64,000 nucleotides of DNA from Microbacteriaceae bacterium. Lineage in GTDB: Bacteria > Actinomycetota > Actinomycetes > Actinomycetales > Microbacteriaceae. The stretch is from NCBI GenBank assembly GCA_050245915.1, contig JBFWWZ010000007.1, positions 4,647 through 68,646 of the forward strand, given 5' to 3'. A program made the translations under genes and the position numbers. Below, one piece after another: positions 56,197-64,000 of the stretch. Position 1 is the stretch's first letter. Each line of letters opens with the position of its first letter. Under the pieces are notes generated by a model that was not told where the DNA came from, searched no databases, and worked only from the letters and a program-made list of their open reading frames with translations.

Positions 56197-57167
56197 CCCT
56201 CCTCCCGGATCGCGAGGGAGCCCCGATCATCGAGCAGCAGCCGGCCGAGGCCCGCCACGCGGCGGGACCCCGCGACGCGCTCGATGTGCAGGACGCACCC
56301 GATCGCGCTCACCGCCTGACGCGCCACGGCATCCGGAGTCATGCCCGCGAGGGCGCCGAGGGCCTCGAGACGCGCGGGCACGTCGGCGAGCGAGTTCGCG
56401 TGCAGGGTTCCCGCGCCGCCGTCGTGCCCGGTGTTGAGCGCAGCGAGCAGCTCGCGCAGCTCGGGGCCGCGGCATTCGCCGACGACGAGACGATCGGGTC
56501 GCATGCGCAGCGCCTCGCGCACCAGGCGGTCCACGCCGATCGCTCCCGCGCCGTCGAGGTTCGCCTGCCGCGCCTCGAGCGCGACGACATGCGGATGATC
56601 GATGCGCAGCTCGGCCACGTCTTCGAGCACGACGATCCGATCGGAGGGCGCCGCCGCCGACAGCAGGGCGGCCAGCAGCGTGGTCTTCCCGCTGCCGCCG
56701 GCCCCGGTGAGCAGCAGGTTCGTGCGGGAGGCGACCAGCTCACGCACACGGTCGGCGCCCACCGCGCCTAAGAAGCCGGCGCGATCGAGGTCGTCGAGGC
56801 TGAGGGCGGCGGCCCGCGGGATGCGGATGGACAGCACGGCGCCGCCCGGGGAGACCGGCGGCAGCACGGCGTGGACCCGGATCCCGTCGCCGAGCCGGAC
56901 ATCGACGCACGGTGTCGTCTCGTCGACGTGCCGGTCACCACCGGCGATCAGACGGGTCGCGACATCCCGGGCTTCGGCGGCCGGGATGCGCATCTGCGCG
57001 AGTTCGGAACCGCGGCCCCGGTCGACCCACACCCCGCCGTCGGGGTTCACGAAGACATCGGTGACCTCCGGATCGCCCACCAGCGGAGCGAGCACCCCGA
57101 ACAGCGCGCGGTCGTGCGCGCGTCCGGGCGGCCGACCCGAGCCGAGATGCGCCGTGAACCCGTGCAT
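56193..57167 (-). CDS. tadA: TadA/CpaF-like secretion ATPase (Rv3659c-like)
   Basis: Walker A GAGGSGKTT, VVLEDVAEL, RLVVGECRG and NTGHDGGAGTLHAN. The start is uncertain: ATG 57167 was chosen because the longer ORF would run through the 6C RNA. Confidence 0.85.
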   Translation of the reverse strand: MHGFTAHLGSGRPPGRAHDRALFGVLAPLVGDPEVTDVFVNPDGGVWVDRGRGSELAQMRIPAAEARDVATRLIAGGDRHVDETTPCVDVRLGDGIRVHAVLPPVSPGGAVLSIRIPRAAALSLDDLDRAGFLGAVGADRVRELVASRTNLLLTGAGGSGKTTLLAALLSAAAPSDRIVVLEDVAELRIDHPHVVALEARQANLDGAGAIGVDRLVREALRMRPDRLVVGECRGPELRELLAALNTGHDGGAGTLHANSLADVPARLEALGALAGMTPDAVARQAVSAIGCVLHIERVAGSRRVAGLGRLLLDDRGSLAIREEG

Positions 57168-57224
57168 GCAAGAAGGGAAGCACCGACCGGACGCGACTCG
57201 GGGCCCGCCGCAGCATCCTGTGCT

Positions 57225-57328
57225 TAACGAGAGGGGCGGCGCCCATTGGGGGGAACGGGCGCCGCCACAGCAACGCTGGATTGGGGGGAATCGCGGGCGC
57301 TGCAAGACCGAGACTTACGGCTCGGCTG
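57225..57328 (-). ncRNA. 6C-family small RNA (Rfam 6C; B11 in M. tuberculosis)
   Basis: On the minus strand there are two adjacent stem-loops, each presenting a CCCCCC loop closed by A-U pairs. Plus-strand coordinates are 57268-57302 and 57235-57266 (a 10-bp perfect GC stem). A 5' mini-hairpin lies at 57308-57325. The ends are approximate. Confidence 0.7.
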
Positions 57329-57334
57329 GTCGTC

Positions 57335-57362
57335 AGTGTACTCCAAAAGGGGGACCGTGCAA
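57335..57362 (-). promoter_or_regulatory. Putative promoter of the 6C RNA
   Basis: On the minus strand: TTGCAC (57362-57357), a 16-nt spacer, then TACACT (57340-57335). This predicts a transcription start near 57328. Confidence 0.45.
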
Positions 57363-57471
57363 CGGCGAAATCGCAGGGTCACCCGCACCTTTAACCCGGT
57401 GGTTAGGATCGACATCAAACCGTACGGATAATCACGCGACCACCCAGGCTCGGCCGCGGATCGACACAAGG

Positions 57472-59439
<1,968 letters not shown>

Positions 59440-59456
59440 ACGGTGATCGAGCTTGC

Positions 59457-59474
59457 CGAGATCAGGCGATCTCG
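59457..59474. terminator. Short hairpin between convergent acs and ridA
   Basis: CGAGATC-AGGC-GATCTCG, a perfect 7-bp stem that overlaps the ridA stop codon. No U-tract. Confidence 0.3.
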
Positions 59475-59920
59475 AGCACCAGCTCGACCTCGACGGGGGC
59501 GTCGAGGGGCAGCACGGCCACGCCCACGGAACTGCGCGCGTGCTGCCCGGCCTCGCCGAACACCTCGCCGAGCAGATCCGACGCGCCGTTCATGACCCCG
59601 GCGTGGGCGGTGAAGCCCGGCGCGGACGCCACGAAGCCGACGACCTTGACGACCCGCGTGACGCGGTCGAGAGAACCGATGACGGATGCCGCGGCCGCCA
59701 GCGCGTTCAGTGCGCAGATCCGCGCGTACCCGGCCGCGTCATCCGGAGACACCTCGGCGCCCACCTTGCCGGTCGCAGGCAGGACGCCGTCGACCAGCGG
59801 CAGCTGGCCGGCCGTGTAGACCAGGTCGCCGGTGACCACCGCCGGGACGTACGACGCCAGGGGCTTCGTCACGGCCGGGAGGGTCAGTCCCAGCTCGGCG
59901 AGGCGCTGTTCGACGCTCAT
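59462..59920 (-). CDS. RidA/YjgF family reactive-intermediate deaminase
   Basis: 152 aa starting from ATG 59920, preceded by GAAGGAGGA. YjgF-type fold signature (VKVVGFV..., VEVELVLEI). Confidence 0.85.
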   Translation of the reverse strand: MSVEQRLAELGLTLPAVTKPLASYVPAVVTGDLVYTAGQLPLVDGVLPATGKVGAEVSPDDAAGYARICALNALAAAASVIGSLDRVTRVVKVVGFVASAPGFTAHAGVMNGASDLLGEVFGEAGQHARSSVGVAVLPLDAPVEVELVLEIA

Positions 59921-60075
59921 GCGTCCTCCTTCTCGCGCTTGAGGTAGGCGACGAGTCCGCCTTCGGGGCCGGTGACCACCTGCACCAGCTCCCACCCCTG
60001 GTCACCCCAGTTGTTCAGGATCTGGGCCGTGTTGTGGATCATGAGCGGCGTGGTGAGGTACTCCCACTTGTCCAT
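59917..60075 (-). CDS. DUF4177-like small protein (52 aa)
   Basis: Not in the ORF track because it is under 60 aa. Sequence MDKWEYLTTPLMIHNTAQILNNWGDQGWELVQVVTGPEGGLVAYLKREKEDA. ATGA overlap with the ridA start. Confidence 0.65.
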   Translation of the reverse strand: MDKWEYLTTPLMIHNTAQILNNWGDQGWELVQVVTGPEGGLVAYLKREKEDA

Positions 60076-60131
60076 CTGTTAAGGGCTTCCGTTCAGGTAG
60101 GCGTGACGAACCATCGTTTACTCTGTACCCT

Positions 60132-62687
60132 ATGCCCGCCCCAAAATCTTCGGTCAGTAGTCTGTTCGCTGCCGTCTTCGGAACGATCGGCTTCAGCGTG
60201 CTGGCCGGAGTCCTCGCGACCGTCATGGTCGCACCCGCGATCGCCGTCACCGGCATCACCGCGAACAACACGATCGGCATCTTCGAGAGCCTGCCGGACT
60301 ACATCAAGCTCAATGCCGGGCACCAGCAGAACGAGATCGTCGCGCTGAACTCCGACGGCAGCCAGTTCCACATGGCCACGATCTTCGACCAGAACCGCGA
60401 AGAGGTCGACCTCGACCAGATGAGCGACTACCTCAAGTGGGCGGCGATCGCCGGTGAGGACCGCCGCTTCAAAGACCACGGCGGTGTCGACATCCCCTCG
60501 GTGATCCGCGCCGCGATCGGCGGCGGCAACTCGGGTGGTGCGTCGACCCTCACGATGCAGACCGTGCGAAACATCCTGGTGCAAGAGGCGCTGAACCAGA
60601 CCAACACCGACGGGTCGGCGGTCAGCGACGAGAAGATCAAGAACGACATCGCGGCGGCGCTCGCCCCGACCATCGATCGCAAGCTGAAAGAGATGAAGCT
60701 CGCGATCGGGCTCGAGAAGCGCTACTCGAAAGACGAGATCCTGCAGGCGTACCTCAACATCGCCGGATTCGGCGGCAACACGTACGGCGTGCAGGCGGCG
60801 GCGCTGCAGTACTTCTCGAAGAACGCCTCCGAACTCACCCTCGCCGAGGCGGCGTCGCTCATCGCGATCGTGCAGTACCCCAACCTGCGCGACCTGCAGA
60901 CCCCCGACCACTACGCGGCCAACCAGAAGCGTCGCGACGTCATCCTGTACGCGATGTACGCCGAGGGCTACATCACGAAGGCCGAGCGGGATGAGGCGCT
61001 CGACACTCCCGTCGACGCGAACTTCGTGAAGCCGCGCGCCACGAACAACGGCTGCCTCGGCGCCACCACGTACATGGCGTTCCCGTGCGACTACGTGGTC
61101 AACAGCATCTTCGAGCTGGAGGCGCTGGGTGGCGACGCCGCCGAGCGGCAGGCCGAGTTCAAGCGCGGCGGGTACACGCTGGTCACCACGATCAACCCGG
61201 ACCTGCAGGCGACAGCCACCGAGCTCGCACAGCAGTGGGCTCCCAAAGACGAGAGCCGCTTCCAGCTGGGCGCCGCCGTCTCGTCGGTCGAGGTGAACAC
61301 CGGGCACATCCTGGTGATGGCTCAGAACAAGGACTACAACAACACGCTCGAGGGCGGGGGCGCCACCGCAACGGCGGTCAACTTCTCTGCCGACATCGCG
61401 CACGGCGGGTCGGTCGGATTCCAGCCCGGATCGACCTACAAGCCGTACGTGCTCCTGGCGTTCCTGAACGCCGGCGGCGGGCTCGAAGAGTCGTTCAACG
61501 CCAGCACCCTCGAGGTGAACCAGGCGAAGTTCGCGGACAGCTGCAACGGTCCCTGGGGCGGCAAGTTCAAGTTCAAGAACGACTCCGGTGAGAACGGCTC
61601 GTACACCGTCATGCGCGGAACGGCGGGCTCCGTCAACTCGGTGTTCGTGCAGATGGCCAGCAAGGTCGATCAGTGCGAGATCAAGCGGCTCGCCGAGTCG
61701 ATCGGCGTCCACAACGCCTCGGGTGAAGAGCTGGCGACGAACCCCGCCTGCGCGATCGGCGGTTGCACCAACAACATCGCGCCGGTGACGGCAGCGGCGG
61801 CCTACGCGGCGATCGCGAACCAGGGCGTCTACTGCAAGCCGATCATCGTGCAGTCGATCATCGACCGGGCCGGCAACGTGCTGCCCGGCCAGGACGCAGG
61901 CTGCGGCCAGTCGGCGGTCTCCCCCGCGGTCGCGAACACCGCGACCTACGCGATGGAGGGCGTGTTCAAGGGCGGTACGGCGAGCGCCTCGAACCCGAAC
62001 GACGGCACCCCGTACATGGGCAAGACCGGTACGACCGACAACGCGGTGCACGTCTGGATGGTCGGCTCCTCGAGCCGCGTCGCCACAGCGGTGTGGGTCG
62101 GCAACATCTCCGGCAAGCAGTCGCTGCGTCAGGTATCTGTCAACGGCACCTCCGCGGCCCTGCTGCGTCACCGCATCTTCAAGCCGCTGGCGCAGGCCAT
62201 CGACAGCTTCTACCCGGGCAGCGCATTCCCCGGACCCGACCCGTCGCTGCTGAAGGGCAACCCGGTGTTCGTCCCCGACGTGCGCGGCGAGTCGCCGGAG
62301 CAGGCGCGCGGTGAGATCGAGCTCGCGGAGCTGAACTACGTGGATGCCGGGACCGTCGACTCCGACCTTCCCGCCGGCACGGTGGCCAGCACCATCCCCG
62401 GTCCCGGCGAGTCGGTGCCCCGCGGCACCGAGATCGCGGTCTACATCAGCAACGGCCAGGCCGCGCAGGTCCCGAACGAAGTCGGAAAGACCGTGCCCGA
62501 CGCACAGAGCGACCTTGCGAGCCAGGGCTGGACGAACGTCGTGACCAAGTGCGACACGAACCCCGTCCCGTCACCACCCGATGACAAGGTGTACTCGACC
62601 GATCCGGGGGCAGGAGCCGTGGTCAACAAGTCCTCGATCATCACCTTGCATTACTACGGCACACCAGCCTGTCTCTACGGCGGATGA
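60132..62687 (+). CDS. Class A penicillin-binding protein (transglycosylase/transpeptidase) with two C-terminal PASTA domains
   Basis: 851 aa. N-terminal TM helix, GT51 motifs EDRRFKDHGGVD and GASTLTMQ, transpeptidase motifs STYKP and KTGTT, and two PASTA-like repeats at the C-terminus. Confidence 0.92.
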   Translation: MPAPKSSVSSLFAAVFGTIGFSVLAGVLATVMVAPAIAVTGITANNTIGIFESLPDYIKLNAGHQQNEIVALNSDGSQFHMATIFDQNREEVDLDQMSDYLKWAAIAGEDRRFKDHGGVDIPSVIRAAIGGGNSGGASTLTMQTVRNILVQEALNQTNTDGSAVSDEKIKNDIAAALAPTIDRKLKEMKLAIGLEKRYSKDEILQAYLNIAGFGGNTYGVQAAALQYFSKNASELTLAEAASLIAIVQYPNLRDLQTPDHYAANQKRRDVILYAMYAEGYITKAERDEALDTPVDANFVKPRATNNGCLGATTYMAFPCDYVVNSIFELEALGGDAAERQAEFKRGGYTLVTTINPDLQATATELAQQWAPKDESRFQLGAAVSSVEVNTGHILVMAQNKDYNNTLEGGGATATAVNFSADIAHGGSVGFQPGSTYKPYVLLAFLNAGGGLEESFNASTLEVNQAKFADSCNGPWGGKFKFKNDSGENGSYTVMRGTAGSVNSVFVQMASKVDQCEIKRLAESIGVHNASGEELATNPACAIGGCTNNIAPVTAAAAYAAIANQGVYCKPIIVQSIIDRAGNVLPGQDAGCGQSAVSPAVANTATYAMEGVFKGGTASASNPNDGTPYMGKTGTTDNAVHVWMVGSSSRVATAVWVGNISGKQSLRQVSVNGTSAALLRHRIFKPLAQAIDSFYPGSAFPGPDPSLLKGNPVFVPDVRGESPEQARGEIELAELNYVDAGTVDSDLPAGTVASTIPGPGESVPRGTEIAVYISNGQAAQVPNEVGKTVPDAQSDLASQGWTNVVTKCDTNPVPSPPDDKVYSTDPGAGAVVNKSSIITLHYYGTPACLYGG

Positions 62688-63646
62688 GCGTTCGGCCCGG
62701 CCGAGCGGCCGCGGCGACCCTGATGGGCGTCGCGGCCGCCGGGGCCGCCGCGTTCGCGTGGGGCGCCCTGGTGGAACGCAACCGCTTCACCGTCCGGCAC
62801 GAGATCGTCCCCGTGCTGGAGCCGGGCGCTCGCCCGCTCACCGTGCTGCACCTCAGCGACCTGCACATGGCGCCGTGGCAGACGGCGAAGCAGGAGTTCG
62901 TCCGCTCCCTGATCCGCTACGAGCCGGACCTCGTCGTCGACACCGGTGACAACCTCGGCCACACCGACGGCCTCCGCGGGGTGGAGTACGCGCTCGCGCC
63001 GTTCGCCGGCATCCCCGGGGTCTTCGTGCACGGCTCGAACGACTACCACGGACCGGTCTTCAAGAACCCGTTCCGCTACTTCGTCACCCTCGAAGACGTG
63101 CGCAGCAGCCGTCGCGCCGACCTCGACACCGCCGGCATGGAGAGCTTCTTCGAGAACCAGCTCGGCTGGCTGAACCTCAACAACACGGCACGGGCGATCG
63201 AGATCCGCGGAACCCGCATCGAGCTGTTCGGCACGAACGACGCGCATCGCGACTGGGACCGCCTCGACCTGCTGCCGGGCGCCATCGAGGAGGTGCGCGA
63301 GAACGTCGGCTGGAGCGCGAGCTCCCGCGACGACGTGCTCAGCATCGGCGTGACCCACGCGCCCTACCGGCGGATCCTCGACGACTTCGTGAACCAGGGC
63401 GCCGAGCTGGTACTGGCAGGCCACACGCACGGCGGTCAGGTCAGGATCCCGGGCTGGCCGGCCGCGCTGGTCACCAACTGCGACATCCCAGCCGACCAGG
63501 CGCAGGGTCTGAGCCATTGGCGCAGCGGACGGCATGACGCGTACCTGAATGTCTCGGCCGGAATCGGCACCTCGATCTACGCGCCCGTGCGGTTCGCCTG
63601 CCCGCCGGAGGCCGTGGTCCTGACGCTGGTGCCGCGGCCCGAATAG
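62684..63646 (+). CDS. Metallophosphoesterase (Rv3683-like), N-terminal membrane anchor
   Basis: 320 aa with LHLSDLHM, TGDNLGH and LAGHTHGGQ. ATGA overlap with the PBP gene. Confidence 0.88.
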   Translation: MSVRPGRAAAATLMGVAAAGAAAFAWGALVERNRFTVRHEIVPVLEPGARPLTVLHLSDLHMAPWQTAKQEFVRSLIRYEPDLVVDTGDNLGHTDGLRGVEYALAPFAGIPGVFVHGSNDYHGPVFKNPFRYFVTLEDVRSSRRADLDTAGMESFFENQLGWLNLNNTARAIEIRGTRIELFGTNDAHRDWDRLDLLPGAIEEVRENVGWSASSRDDVLSIGVTHAPYRRILDDFVNQGAELVLAGHTHGGQVRIPGWPAALVTNCDIPADQAQGLSHWRSGRHDAYLNVSAGIGTSIYAPVRFACPPEAVVLTLVPRPE

Positions 63647-63694
63647 ATCGGGTATTCTGATCCAGTTGCCTCGCGCCGCCAGGTGCGGCAGCAA

Positions 63695-63768
63695 CGGGGT
63701 ATGGCGCAGCTTGGTAGCGCGCGTCGTTCGGGACGACGAGGCCGCAGGTTCAAATCCTGTTACCCCGA
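63695..63768 (+). tRNA. tRNA-Pro (anticodon CGG)
   Basis: Hand-folded cloverleaf: acceptor CGGGGTA/TACCCCG, D arm GCGC-AGCTTGGTA-GCGC, anticodon arm CGTCG-TTCGGGA-CGACG, T arm GCAGG-TTCAAAT-CCTGT, discriminator A. CCA is not encoded. Confidence 0.9.
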
Positions 63769-63776
63769 CCGAAGAG

Positions 63777-63804
63777 GCCCGGTCCGTCCTACGACGGACC
63801 GGGC
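63777..63804. terminator. Strong hairpin after tRNA-Pro (possibly bidirectional)
   Basis: GCCCGGTCCGTC-CTAC-GACGGACCGGGC, a perfect 12-bp stem, followed by TTCGGTCGTCT. Confidence 0.6.
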
Positions 63805-63859
63805 TTCGGTCGTCTGTGCCGATGGCCGCCATCCGGGCGGCGCAGTGAGAGCTCCGGGA

Positions 63860-64000
63860 CTACGTGAAGTCCGCGTCCGGCCCGGAGGTCGCCGAGAAGT
63901 CCAGCTTCGGCCGCCAGCCGCGGTTGAGCACGCCGCCGGATTCCTCGAGGTAGCAGGACCCGCAGAGGGACTCGTACGAGACCCGGGCATCCCCGCTTGC
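63860..64000 (-). CDS. 3' end of an unidentified protein gene (partial; runs out of window)
   Basis: The minus-strand frame reads ...ASGDARVSYESLCGSCYLEESGGVLNRGWRPKLDFSATSGPDADFT-stop. About 43 of 46 third codon positions are G/C, as in real genes here. Too short for the ORF track. Confidence 0.45.
   Translation of the reverse strand, partial: ASGDARVSYESLCGSCYLEESGGVLNRGWRPKLDFSATSGPDADFT

Noticed and set aside
57168-57305. Longer tadA ORF starting at 57305
   Set aside because: The extra 46 codons are Cys/Pro/Arg-rich and run straight through the two 6C stem-loops, so the shorter start at 57167 is preferred. The start remains uncertain.
57168-57471. An ssd (Rv3660c-like ParA/MinD) gene upstream of tadA
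   Set aside because: The gap is only about 300 nt and contains no ORF with a P-loop. It is occupied by the 6C-like RNA and promoters, so ssd is absent from this locus.
60093-62171. 692-aa minus-strand ORF (and similarly 57415..59235, 606 aa) antisense to the PBP and acs genes
   Set aside because: This is the same antisense, high-GC pattern. The sense genes carry the diagnostic motifs SxxK/KTG and the AMP-binding motif.
63760-63990. 76-aa minus-strand ORF
   Set aside because: It overlaps the tRNA-Pro 3' end and the terminator hairpin, and it is Arg/Pro/Ser/Thr-rich. A different minus-strand frame (63860-64000) has proper GC3 bias.

Overview
High-GC (roughly 70% by eye) actinobacterial chromosome, Microbacteriaceae-like. 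It is densely packed with about 64 protein genes, 2 tRNAs, 1 riboswitch and 1 likely sRNA. I found no rRNA, CRISPR array, transposase, integrase or recognisable defence module.

Gene order:
- sdhCDAB (sdhC cut by the window edge)
- an ECF sigma factor fused to its own ZAS anti-sigma and membrane module
- an alkA-like glycosylase coupled to an orphan ptsI
- yihY, xthA, trpS, a GNAT and a HAD gene
- FMN riboswitch plus ribD-ribE-ribBA-ribH
- two orphan lipoproteins flanking a DrrAB/Rv2686c-88c-type ABC-2 exporter
- a small HTH gene, an ABC exporter and an IclR regulator in one operon
- a complete beta-ketoadipate cluster: pcaHGBDC, IclR, pobA, pcaIJF
- a phenol-hydroxylase-like flavoprotein
- a homoprotocatechuate meta-cleavage cluster: FAH-RraA fusion, GntR, DapA-like aldolase, hpaE, hpaD
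- trmH-like, pncA-like, PBP4 and a CAP-like protein
- prpR(GntR)-prpDBC
- SDR, tRNA-Thr, TetR and a TAP-like hydrolase
- holB-tmk-topA
- a Tad-like (Rv3654c-59c-type) cluster preceded by a 6C-type sRNA
- acs, DUF4177-ridA, a class A PBP with PASTA domains, a metallophosphoesterase and tRNA-Pro

Many neighbouring genes overlap by 1 or 4 nt (ATGA, GTGA), which suggests translational coupling.

I did not find a clearly new multi-gene system. The best leads for under-described biology are:
- the sigma/anti-sigma single-chain protein
- the 6C RNA directly upstream of a Tad operon that has a fused TadB-TadC and no ssd gene
- the FAH-RraA fusion in a non-canonical hpa cluster
- several operator-like palindromes paired with apparently leaderless starts

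All family assignments come from motif reading and memory. No searches were run.
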